Virus record (IMG/VR): IMGVR_UViG_3300045988_178671
Span: 1-63,082 of that record
DNA length: 63,082 nt
Reading direction: 5' to 3' (one strand)
From: a virus
The translations under genes were made by a program, and so were the position numbers. Each line of letters opens with the position of its first letter. The first letter of the stretch is position 1. Under the pieces are notes generated by a model that did not search any database, was not told where the DNA came from, and saw nothing but the letters and a program-made list of their open reading frames with translations. Of this stretch, positions 27,185 through 34,873 are shown piece by piece.

Positions 27185-28358
27185 ATTTTTGCACCATTTG
27201 GGGCAGTTTGAGAACAAACGATTTCATCCGCTCTAAATGCTCCAAACGGGCCTTTGCATCCGCCTTGCGCAGGGTTTCTTTGTCAATATAATGGCGCTCG
27301 GTGGTCTTTTTGTCCGCATGCGAAACGTATTTTGATACGTCTATTTCCGCCGCGCCGGCCTGTATCATATACGACGTATGCGTTTTACGCAAAGACTTAT
27401 ACGTGCACACTATCTTATGGCCGTTTTCTTCTTTACGCAAAATCATTTCGTTGACGTTTTTTAAGTTTTTGTTCCAATGCTTGGAAAAAGTGCTGTCATC
27501 CAGCGGGTGGCCGTTTTCGTTGGTAAGTAGATATGTTTTGGCATGCAAGGATAAAATGTCCGCCACGGTGTCCGGCGTGAAATAAACCGGGCGTTCTTTG
27601 TCTCTTTTGACCGTCCACGCGCGGATGCCGCGGTTTTTGTTTTCCGCGTTATGGCTAATCCACGCAATGCCTGTGGCGGGGTCCAACTTTTCTATTAAAA
27701 AGTTGTACATTTCTTCCGGGCGCAAGTTCCCCTCAAAGCCCATACGAACGGCCACGCGCATTTGAGGACTGCTGTACTTTAAGAGCATAGCAAGTTCCCA
27801 CGTGGTAAGTACGCGCACCACAGGCGCGCTGGTCTTTTTGGGCGAATTGCGTAGTGGGGTAAGGTCTATATACGGGATATACCCCTCCACCATTCCCCAG
27901 TCAAAGGCGCGCAAAAGGCAACCCATATCTTTATTGACCCCGTAATTATCGTCCCCGTTGCGTTGGGCTTCGGCCGCCTTGGTACGGCGGAACAAGGCTA
28001 TATCTTCAAAGGTTAAATCCCGCACATAGTGTGGCTTGGCAATTTTTTCAAAGTGGGCCAAAGCGTAGGAGTATTCGGCAATGGTGCGGGTGCGCCAAGT
28101 GGGCTTGCCTGTTTTGGCGTCCTTTTCGGTACGCAGGGCTTTAAGAAAGGCACTCGTAAAAAAGGCCCACGTTTTAGAGCCGTCCACTCGGCGGGACTTG
28201 TTTTCCCGTTCCAATTTTTCTACCCAAATTTTATAGTCGTGTTCCCGTTGCTCCCGGTTGCCAGTCAAAAAAATCTCGTACCGCCTGCCATTTATTTGCT
28301 TGCGGTATCTTTGGCCTAGACGGCCGGGGCGTTTGAAACTGGAAATTTTCTCAGCCAT
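27183..28358 (-). CDS. int: Tyrosine recombinase / integrase B, 391 aa; paralogous to integrase A
   Basis: C-terminal VSHADKKTTERHYIDKE; the RKQINGRRYEIF Arm-type N-terminus parallels integrase A. Confidence 0.8.
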   Translation of the reverse strand: MAEKISSFKRPGRLGQRYRKQINGRRYEIFLTGNREQREHDYKIWVEKLERENKSRRVDGSKTWAFFTSAFLKALRTEKDAKTGKPTWRTRTIAEYSYALAHFEKIAKPHYVRDLTFEDIALFRRTKAAEAQRNGDDNYGVNKDMGCLLRAFDWGMVEGYIPYIDLTPLRNSPKKTSAPVVRVLTTWELAMLLKYSSPQMRVAVRMGFEGNLRPEEMYNFLIEKLDPATGIAWISHNAENKNRGIRAWTVKRDKERPVYFTPDTVADILSLHAKTYLLTNENGHPLDDSTFSKHWNKNLKNVNEMILRKEENGHKIVCTYKSLRKTHTSYMIQAGAAEIDVSKYVSHADKKTTERHYIDKETLRKADAKARLEHLERMKSFVLKLPQMVQK

Positions 28359-28644
28359 TGTTTTTTACCCACTTTGACATTTCGGCCAAAACCTCTTGGG
28401 CTTGGGCAGACGTTAAATAATGACGTTGTACCTGTTTATCCAACAAGTATTTCCACAAGGGAAAAAGTTGCTTTGGGGTGGCGTTTACGTCTGCACCGTG
28501 TTTAATTTGTGCGGAAACCTGTGCGAATAGAAAAGAATACCCCTCAGCGTCGGCGGTACGCATGAACGGAAAAACGGTATCAAAATAAGCGGATAAATCC
28601 GGGAATGCTGCCCGCAGAGAGGATTCCATAAATGCCAGGTTCAT
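28351..28644 (-). CDS. Hypothetical protein, 97 aa; its 3' end overlaps the integrase B start
   Basis: ORF in the operon xre-lipoprotein-this gene-int. Confidence 0.4.
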   Translation of the reverse strand: MNLAFMESSLRAAFPDLSAYFDTVFPFMRTADAEGYSFLFAQVSAQIKHGADVNATPKQLFPLWKYLLDKQVQRHYLTSAQAQEVLAEMSKWVKNNG

Positions 28645-29594
28645 TTTAAGAAATTAAACCGCACGTTGGCGGCCACTCCAAAGGTTTTTATACGGTCTAT
28701 GCCGTCTGCATCTATGTTGGTTTGGGAATAAAAAGCAATAATATCCATATCTGTTTTATCCCCTAATGGAAATTCCATTCCGACAAAGGCTGACGGAGTA
28801 AAAGCAAATTTACTCTTGAACAATTCAAAACGGTAGGTCCTGCCGCTTATTGTTACTTTGAGGTCGTTTATGTCCGTTCCGTTTATAGAAAATTTGGGCT
28901 GTACGCGCGTGGCGGCAATACCGGCTCCAAGAAAAAAGCGTACATTGGAATACGGATTTGCATACAAGAAAGCATTGGCCCCAACATCCCACATCTGCAC
29001 TTTGGATGTGTAGGAATATCGGGATAAGGGAGCGCGGAATTGGCCGCTTTTGGACATTTCCCCACGCCACTGAAAAAACACTTCGGTCCGTGTCCAAGCG
29101 GATAAGTGCGCGCCGTAGGTGGCTTTGATACCCGCTTGCATAGAGGACAAGGAGTTTTCCATATACTGGGAAAAGGCACTTTCGTCAGACAGGGATAAAG
29201 AACTGCTCATTCCCGCCGCACCAATGGAAACATACGGCCGGTTGGTGGCGGCAAGAGAAGTCTTGTTTTGTGGCACAGGTTTCTCTTTGGGAGTAGGAAC
29301 CGTTTGCGGCTTTTGCGGAGCAGCAGGCTTGGGGGTTGTGGTGCTTTCCCCGCGGGCCCAGCGGGCAGCCTCATCATTTAAGGCGGCATCTTGCTGGTGG
29401 GTATTTTCTTGCCCGACGATAACGGGGTTTGCGTAGCCCTGTTCGTTTACCGGAACATACTCATATTCCCCCTCTAAAATGCGATAGGTGCCATCCCCTG
29501 CGGGCACCAATTTAGGCACTTTTTGATAATAAGTTTGAGAATACGCAGGAAGAAAACATCCAGCCGCCAACAGGGCAAGAAGTATTTTTTTCAT
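28641..29594 (-). CDS. Outer-membrane lipoprotein with a Pro-rich linker and a C-terminal beta-barrel-like domain, 317 aa
   Basis: Signal peptide plus lipobox MKKILLALLAAGC; TTTPKPAAPQKPQTVPTPKEKPVPQ linker; alternating hydrophobic beta pattern; AT-rich; 3 nt downstream of the regulator gene. Confidence 0.55.
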   Translation of the reverse strand: MKKILLALLAAGCFLPAYSQTYYQKVPKLVPAGDGTYRILEGEYEYVPVNEQGYANPVIVGQENTHQQDAALNDEAARWARGESTTTPKPAAPQKPQTVPTPKEKPVPQNKTSLAATNRPYVSIGAAGMSSSLSLSDESAFSQYMENSLSSMQAGIKATYGAHLSAWTRTEVFFQWRGEMSKSGQFRAPLSRYSYTSKVQMWDVGANAFLYANPYSNVRFFLGAGIAATRVQPKFSINGTDINDLKVTISGRTYRFELFKSKFAFTPSAFVGMEFPLGDKTDMDIIAFYSQTNIDADGIDRIKTFGVAANVRFNFLK

Positions 29595-29597
29595 AAG

Positions 29598-29969
29598 TTA
29601 TTTTCCCTTTTTGAGCAAATTATATTTTAATTCCAAATTTTCTATTTTGCTTTCTAATGCTTCAATTTTTACCCGCATCAAAGCTATATCTTTTTCCACG
29701 TTGGGCGAGACGGTGATATTTTTGCCAACGATATTTTGGTTTCCCTTGACGTCGGTAGAATTATCAAAAAAATAATTAATGGGCCGCTTTGTAAGTGTGG
29801 CTATTTTTTCTAAATTCTCCATAGTGATAGTGGAACCGCCATTAAGCATTTTATTAATAGCACTATGGGTCTTTCCCATTTTTTTCGCGAGCGAAACTTG
29901 ATTAAAACCGCTTTCAATCATAGCAATTTTGATTTTTTTAATGATATTGTCAGTTTCTTTTTTCGTCAT
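29598..29969 (-). CDS. Small CI-type repressor: XRE HTH plus C-terminal coiled coil, 123 aa
   Basis: HTH SLAKKMGKTHSAINKMLNGG; C-terminal heptad repeats; divergent from the phage B early operon. Confidence 0.55.
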   Translation of the reverse strand: MTKKETDNIIKKIKIAMIESGFNQVSLAKKMGKTHSAINKMLNGGSTITMENLEKIATLTKRPINYFFDNSTDVKGNQNIVGKNITVSPNVEKDIALMRVKIEALESKIENLELKYNLLKKGK

Positions 29970-29996
29970 AAAACCTCTCTTTGTACAAAATAGAAC

Positions 29997-30043
29997 TTGA
30001 CAAATGTTCCTGTTATTCCTAAAATATGAGTGTTAGGAACATT
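29997..30043 (+). promoter_or_regulatory. Phage B early promoter (-35 TTGACA, 17-nt spacer, -10 TAAAAT), with the operator-like inverted repeat AATGTTCCT...AGGAACATT flanking the -10
   Basis: Read from the sequence: -35 at 29997-30002, -10 at 30020-30025, inverted repeats at 30003-30011 and 30035-30043. Confidence 0.55.
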
Positions 30044-30121
30044 ATAAGAACTAACGCCCCGGTAAAACGGGTTTTGGTTGGCAGAAAAAAACGCTTAAAC
30101 AATTTGGGCAACATGTGTGAG

Positions 30122-30193
30122 TAAGGGTGGTGTAAGCGACCACCCTTGCCAACCAAACCGTACAACTTTACCAGAGGCTGTACGGTTTTATTT
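30122..30193 (+). promoter_or_regulatory. Leader hairpin followed by an intrinsic terminator, lying between the early promoter and the first gene
   Basis: AAGGGTGGT...ACCACCCTT stem-loop at 30122-30146. Then the AACCGTACA...TGTACGGTT stem followed by TTATTTT at 30155-30193. Confidence 0.5.
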
Positions 30194-30245
30194 TACCATA
30201 AAAACCGCACCAATATGGAATTGCGGCTACGATTTGCAGAAAATT

Positions 30246-30500
30246 ATGAAAAAAGGCGAACTGGCAATAAAAAAATTGGATGTACGGATATTTCCAAATG
30301 CAGAAGTGATTACCGATTTGGCCGGAAATACGTTTTTAACACGGACGGCGGTGGCACGGTTGTTTGGCTGTTCCTTGCCGACGTTGGCCACCACCTACAA
30401 GCGTAAGGGCTTACGGCCGTTGGACCGATATGTAAACGGCCGCGTAGTGTATTTACTGGAAGATGTGGAACTGATGTATAACCGCCGGGCAACTTATTAA
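30246..30500 (+). CDS. KilA-N / ORF6N-like DNA-binding protein (antirepressor or Cro-like candidate), about 84 aa
   Basis: Start moved to MKKGELAIKK because the annotated upstream extension would translate through two hairpins; weak pattern match TFLTRTAVARLFGCS. Confidence 0.35.
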   Translation: MKKGELAIKKLDVRIFPNAEVITDLAGNTFLTRTAVARLFGCSLPTLATTYKRKGLRPLDRYVNGRVVYLLEDVELMYNRRATY

Positions 30501-30520
30501 ACAAAGTGAGGAAGTGAATT

Positions 30521-31051
30521 ATGATAACTGGGAATCAAAACAATACTTATAAGTATGTAGCACCTTATGTGCTGACGAGAAAAAACTGTCATTATGACTA
30601 CCGCGAATGCCCGGACTACTTGGCTGGTGCCGGCCCGGCAGTTATGAACGTGAGTATTGTGCATAGTGATATTTACAACGGACGCTGGATTTATTTTGCG
30701 TGGGTAGAATTGGAGGACTTGACCGATTGTCCGCGTGAAATTTTAATGGAATTTGACCAAGACGAATTATTTGACACTGCACAGGGCGCGTGGAATGACC
30801 AAGAAAAATACGCGCAAGCCCTGAGTGCAACCCGCTATAAATATGCGCGCTGCTACCACCATAAAAAGCAGGGTTGGTTTTCTCGTCTGTTTAAGTGGTG
30901 GTCCCCGATAAAGGCACTCGGGGCTGATGCAAACAGCAATTTCCTGGCGAAAAAGCACCAGGCGTCCGCGCTCCAACTTCCGGCGCGGCCCGAAAATACG
31001 CCGGGCGGGACAACCCAACCCGCCCGGCTGCTTGGCCGGGGGCAATTATGA
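30521..31051 (+). CDS. Hypothetical protein, 176 aa
   Basis: ORF with a GAGGAAG RBS. Confidence 0.4.
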   Translation: MITGNQNNTYKYVAPYVLTRKNCHYDYRECPDYLAGAGPAVMNVSIVHSDIYNGRWIYFAWVELEDLTDCPREILMEFDQDELFDTAQGAWNDQEKYAQALSATRYKYARCYHHKKQGWFSRLFKWWSPIKALGADANSNFLAKKHQASALQLPARPENTPGGTTQPARLLGRGQL

Positions 31052-31533
31052 GCCGAGGCCAACAACCCGCACAAGCGGCGGTGCTGCTTGATTTGGACGG
31101 TGTTCTTTGTGAAAACACGTTCCGCCGGGAGTTTGGGGACGATAGAGACTATGCGCTTTTCGGACGGCGGTGCAAAAACGCGTGTGCCAATATGGACTTT
31201 ATTTGCATGGCTCGTGCCTTAAAATTGGACGGCGTGGCGGTGTACATTTTAACGGCACGGAGCGAAAAACTGCGCGCCCAAACAGAGGCTTGGCTACGCG
31301 AAAAAGGCGTGCCGGTGGACCAGCTGCTTATGCGCCCGCTGGGAAACAAACTAAACGACAACCAGTTAAAACAAAAAATGCTGTCGCGCCTTGTACGGCA
31401 GGAAGCATTAAGCCGCCCCGGCGGCCCGGTGCCGCTACTGGCGGTGGACGACGACGAAAGCGTGGTAAAAATGTACCGGGATGCGGGAATCCCCGCCTAT
31501 TTGCCGCCCCATGTGCCGGAGGTGCTCTTATGA
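31048..31533 (+). CDS. HAD-superfamily phosphatase (nucleotidase / PNK-phosphatase-like), 161 aa
   Basis: Motif I LLDLDGVL; motif II ILTARSE; motif IV VDDDESV. Confidence 0.6.
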   Translation: MSRGQQPAQAAVLLDLDGVLCENTFRREFGDDRDYALFGRRCKNACANMDFICMARALKLDGVAVYILTARSEKLRAQTEAWLREKGVPVDQLLMRPLGNKLNDNQLKQKMLSRLVRQEALSRPGGPVPLLAVDDDESVVKMYRDAGIPAYLPPHVPEVLL

Positions 31534-31706
31534 GCCGGCGGCGCCAGGCGCAGGAAATAGACACGTTTGCCATTGGTCCGTCCGTTTGCGGGAATTTTAC
31601 CCACAAAGACCTGTGCCACGCCTGTGTGGCCAAAGGACTATTTGCAAGGGCTATTTGTTTTACGCAGCCGGGTAAGTGTGGCCGGCTTTACGGATATATG
31701 AAATGA
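31530..31706 (+). CDS. Cys-rich small protein (zinc-ribbon-like), 58 aa
   Basis: ATGA overlap with the HAD gene stop; CGNFTHKDLCHAC...CFTQPGKCG. Confidence 0.4.
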   Translation: MSRRRQAQEIDTFAIGPSVCGNFTHKDLCHACVAKGLFARAICFTQPGKCGRLYGYMK

Positions 31707-31945
31707 AACCCAACACCATGAATCTTATTATTGGCTCCACCAAACACGCACGAGATAAACACCCGGACTTTGCGGATAACATCTGCCGCGCCCTTTGTTT
31801 GGCCCAAGAGGAAATGGGCGAAGTGGCCAAGGCCATTAACGACCGGGCCGACTGGGAAGAGGTGGAAAGCGAAATTTACGACACCATAGCCGTTTTGGTG
31901 CGGATCGCGGAAAAGGATTTTAAGGGAGGATTCAATGAAAAATAG
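31703..31945 (+). CDS. MazG-like nucleotide pyrophosphohydrolase domain protein, about 80 aa
   Basis: ATGA overlap with the preceding gene; EEMGEVAKAI ... EIYDTIAVLVRIA resembles a MazG helical core. Confidence 0.4.
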   Translation: MKPNTMNLIIGSTKHARDKHPDFADNICRALCLAQEEMGEVAKAINDRADWEEVESEIYDTIAVLVRIAEKDFKGGFNEK

Positions 31946-32054
31946 CGCATTTGCTTGCTGTTCCCATTGCGGGGACCAGTTTTTTAAGACGGACTTAATC
32001 AAAACAACGCACGGCCGCTTGTGCCCGTGCTGTAAAGAAAAAGGAGGCTTTTAA
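31935..32054 (+). CDS. Zinc-ribbon peptide, 39 aa
   Basis: MKNSAFACCSHCGDQFFKTDLIKTTHGRLCPCCKEKGGF; its stop abuts the next ATG. Confidence 0.3.
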   Translation: MKNSAFACCSHCGDQFFKTDLIKTTHGRLCPCCKEKGGF

Positions 32055-32055
32055 T

Positions 32056-32259
32056 ATGGGAAGAAATCATAGACGGAAACGCAAATATAAATTTAACCAA
32101 AGAGAACGTGCGGCCAAGGCGCGTGCAAATGTGGCTTTACGGGCGTATCAGCCTTGGCGGCTGCTTGATGTACGCGATGTTACCCCGGTGGGGTGGGTTG
32201 TGTTGGTGCTGGGGTTTGCGTTGTTATTGACCCTAATTTTGAAAATCGTTGGAGCGTAA
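32056..32259 (+). CDS. Small basic protein with a C-terminal TM helix, 67 aa
   Basis: ORF; TM segment GWVVLVLGFALLLTLILKIVGA. Confidence 0.35.
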   Translation: MGRNHRRKRKYKFNQRERAAKARANVALRAYQPWRLLDVRDVTPVGWVVLVLGFALLLTLILKIVGA

Positions 32260-32262
32260 AAA

Positions 32263-32430
32263 ATGCAACAATGCACGATTACCTTTGAGCAAGACGGCCG
32301 CAAGGCAGTAGTGGTAGTTACCGAGGATTATAAGGTCAAAACAACCTTTACTCCCCCAATGGACAAAGAACACCCGCAGGCAAAGGATATTTTGTGCCTG
32401 GACTTTTTGAGGATGCTAAAAAATGACTAA
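32263..32430 (+). CDS. Hypothetical small protein, 55 aa
   Basis: Short ORF, ATGA-coupled to the next gene. Confidence 0.3.
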   Translation: MQQCTITFEQDGRKAVVVVTEDYKVKTTFTPPMDKEHPQAKDILCLDFLRMLKND

Positions 32431-32716
32431 ACAGGAATTGGACGAACAATTACAAAAAGGGGTAACAGCCCCATTTTTGGCCAAACTGGGCGCGGAGCGC
32501 GTGAACTTTTACCCCTTTGAGGATACGCTGACGGACGGAGAAAAACAGGTTTATGCGTGGGCCACCGACCCAGACAATGAGGAAATTTGTGCGCCGGCTG
32601 AAGATATAGAAATTTTTGCGGAAAGCCTATACAGTACCGTTTATCACGGGTGGCGGTGGTACTTTAAAACCCCGCAGGAACTGCAATCCTTTTGCGAACT
32701 GGTGGGGCAAGTATGA
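32423..32716 (+). CDS. Hypothetical acidic protein, 97 aa
   Basis: ORF. Confidence 0.4.
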   Translation: MTKQELDEQLQKGVTAPFLAKLGAERVNFYPFEDTLTDGEKQVYAWATDPDNEEICAPAEDIEIFAESLYSTVYHGWRWYFKTPQELQSFCELVGQV

Positions 32717-32803
32717 TGCTGGAAATAGGACCGAATTTAACTTGTCTGATTATGATTGGACTCGTTTTTGCCCTTATGTGGCTTATGGTATGGAGGGCGT
32801 AAT

Positions 32804-33055
32804 ATGGCAAAGTATCGTAAAAAACCAGTAGTTATTGAGGCCGTGCAGTACACCTATCCGGCTAGCGTGGAATTATTAATGCTGCTTAAAAGGGGGAACC
32901 GGGAATACTGTTTCGGCGGGGAACGTCTATTTTTAAACACGTTGGAGGGAACGATGCACGCAAATCCGGGGGATTATGTGATTTTGGGTGTAAACAAAGA
33001 ACTATACCCCTGCAAGCCGGATATATTCAAAAAAACCTATGAAAAAGTGGAGTAA
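32804..33055 (+). CDS. Hypothetical phage protein, about 83 aa from the internal start MAKYRKKPVV
   Basis: GGAGGG RBS in front of the internal Met. Confidence 0.4.
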   Translation: MAKYRKKPVVIEAVQYTYPASVELLMLLKRGNREYCFGGERLFLNTLEGTMHANPGDYVILGVNKELYPCKPDIFKKTYEKVE

Positions 33056-33058
33056 AAA

Positions 33059-33355
33059 ATGAAAATTTATTGTGAAGACTGCAAAGAAACATCTTCGGTT
33101 AATATGCAATGGTTTAACGGCATTTGCCCACGGTGCTACTCTGAAAAAACACACGACTATAACCGCTGGAAAATGCGCAATATGCCGCAAGAGTTCGTAC
33201 GTAAAGCGCACGAGTTATACGACGACGAAATGCAGTGCCCGAAATGCCACGGCCTACTGACGGGGCTGCATATGATGAGCGGCTGTTATCAAACTTTTAT
33301 CCGCAATGTGGCTTATAAGTTGTGGCAAAAACAGTTAAAGGAGAAAAAACAGTGA
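33059..33355 (+). CDS. Zinc-finger protein (two CxxC pairs), 98 aa
   Basis: CEDCKE...CPRCYSE...CPKCHG. Confidence 0.4.
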   Translation: MKIYCEDCKETSSVNMQWFNGICPRCYSEKTHDYNRWKMRNMPQEFVRKAHELYDDEMQCPKCHGLLTGLHMMSGCYQTFIRNVAYKLWQKQLKEKKQ

Positions 33356-33702
33356 GTGAAAAAAGAATTTTGTGCTTGGAAGTGAGCGGCGAGTGTAAAT
33401 ATTTGCTGGATGTAAACCGACCGGCATTAGCACATCTTTGTGAAAGTACCCAAGGGCTTTACTGTGCAAAAAATTTTTCCTGGAAACCGATTGTAAAAGA
33501 AACCTGCAAATTTTGCCAAGCCGCAAAGTATCAAGGCATAACCCGCGAGCAGGCGATTAAGCAAATGACGGATGCTATATTTAAAGAAATTGCTCCTTGT
33601 TTGAAACCTTTTTACAAAGTGCCAAAAGGAAAAAGAGGGTGTGTTAAAGTCGCCGCCGAAGCGGCATTAAATGCACTGTTGGAGGCGAACGCATGCAAGT
33701 AA
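33352..33702 (+). CDS. Cys-containing hypothetical protein, about 116 aa; GTG start overlapping the upstream stop
   Basis: AAGGAG sits 9 nt upstream of the GTG; the annotated ATG start would overlap the previous gene by 34 nt. Confidence 0.35.
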   Translation: MSEKRILCLEVSGECKYLLDVNRPALAHLCESTQGLYCAKNFSWKPIVKETCKFCQAAKYQGITREQAIKQMTDAIFKEIAPCLKPFYKVPKGKRGCVKVAAEAALNALLEANACK

Positions 33703-33908
33703 GTGGTTCTGTGTTAAAGCCGAGGTTTAAGGTGGGGCAAGATATTTGGTTTAGATACAAAACAAATAGGCCCGCGCCGGTTAGTGTGTTGGGCTTTGGC
33801 GTATATCCAAAGACCTATGATGTGGGAAGCTTGGAAACCGTTTTAATCTTACAAAACGTAGAAGAAAAATTCTTATACGCTACATTGGAGGAGGCAAATA
33901 ATGAATAG
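33693..33908 (+). CDS. Hypothetical protein, 71 aa
   Basis: ORF with overlapping coupling. Confidence 0.35.
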   Translation: MQVSGSVLKPRFKVGQDIWFRYKTNRPAPVSVLGFGVYPKTYDVGSLETVLILQNVEEKFLYATLEEANNE

Positions 33909-34083
33909 CGAAATAAAAATGCAATTTTTTGACCTACTGGCAATGATGTTTGTTGTTGGCTGCCTGACAGCGTTTGCCGGCATAGTAATCGGTGGTAGTA
34001 TTCGCGCGGGTAGCATTAACGACGTGTATAAGAACGGGCAGGCCAGTTGCAGGGTGTGCGAGGTGATGCAAAATGAAAAATAA
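33901..34083 (+). CDS. Small membrane protein, 60 aa
   Basis: TM segment FFDLLAMMFVVGCLTAFAGIVIGG. Confidence 0.35.
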   Translation: MNSEIKMQFFDLLAMMFVVGCLTAFAGIVIGGSIRAGSINDVYKNGQASCRVCEVMQNEK

Positions 34084-34246
34084 ATTAAAGCCGTGCCCGT
34101 TTTGTGGCGGTATTTTTATACGGACCACCCGCGTTGGCAATAACGGGGAGTATGCCAGTTGGTGCGAAATTTGTATGGCTGAGGGCCCTTGGAAATTTAG
34201 AAGGAGTAAAGCCATAGAAGCGTGGAACCGCCGCGCGGAGGAATAG
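34073..34246 (+). CDS. Lar-family restriction-alleviation zinc-ribbon protein, 57 aa; paralogue of 25286-25435
   Basis: MKNKLKPCPFCGG...WCEICMAEGPW...AIEAWNRRAEE. Confidence 0.6.
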   Translation: MKNKLKPCPFCGGIFIRTTRVGNNGEYASWCEICMAEGPWKFRRSKAIEAWNRRAEE

Positions 34247-34372
34247 ATGACAGAATTTGTGGATTTTTTATACTGGTCGTTTTTTTGTGCGTGGACTGCT
34301 ATATGTTTTAGGTTGGGACAAGCAACGGCAAATGCCTTGTTGAAAAAAAAGTATCGCCCTTGGGAGGATTAA
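34247..34372 (+). CDS. Micro membrane peptide, 41 aa
   Basis: ATG overlaps the Lar2 stop; hydrophobic FVDFLYWSFFCAWTAICF. Confidence 0.25.
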   Translation: MTEFVDFLYWSFFCAWTAICFRLGQATANALLKKKYRPWED

Positions 34373-34375
34373 ATT

Positions 34376-34747
34376 ATGATTACACCTGTGCAGATGTATT
34401 GGTTGTTAAAGTTGGATGATATTGGCGTGTTCTGTGTGTTTGCTATTTTTGCGTCTTTTGGTTTACTGGCTATTTCTGTAATGGCATATTGTAACGCAAA
34501 TGAAGATCTAAACGAAAAAGAAAAAAAGGGCGCTAGGATATTATTCTGTTTAGCAGTTATTGGTGTTGTGTTTTTCGGCAGCGTTAGAACACTTTTGCCG
34601 ACCACAAAGCAAATGGCTGCTATCTATGTAGTGCCTGCTATTACGAACAACGAGAAAATTCAACAAATTGGCGGCAAAACGCTGGATATTACTAACCAGT
34701 TGTTGGATTTAACCAAAGATTATTTATCAGAGAAGTCGGCAGATTGA
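34376..34747 (+). CDS. Membrane protein with two TM helices, 123 aa
   Basis: Two hydrophobic segments. Confidence 0.4.
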   Translation: MITPVQMYWLLKLDDIGVFCVFAIFASFGLLAISVMAYCNANEDLNEKEKKGARILFCLAVIGVVFFGSVRTLLPTTKQMAAIYVVPAITNNEKIQQIGGKTLDITNQLLDLTKDYLSEKSAD

Positions 34748-34873
34748 TGACTATTATCATAGACAGTATCGGTATCATTCTCGCCGTATGGTGTATCGGC
34801 GTTATGTTATGGTGGTTTATAGCGGAAGAGTGGTAAACGGGCCGCGCAGGCGGCCCAAATCATAAAAAAGGAA

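Noticed and set aside
30117-30245. The annotated upstream start of the 127-aa ORF
   Set aside because: That extension would translate through a GC hairpin and an intrinsic terminator and has odd composition. The internal Met at 30246 is preferred.
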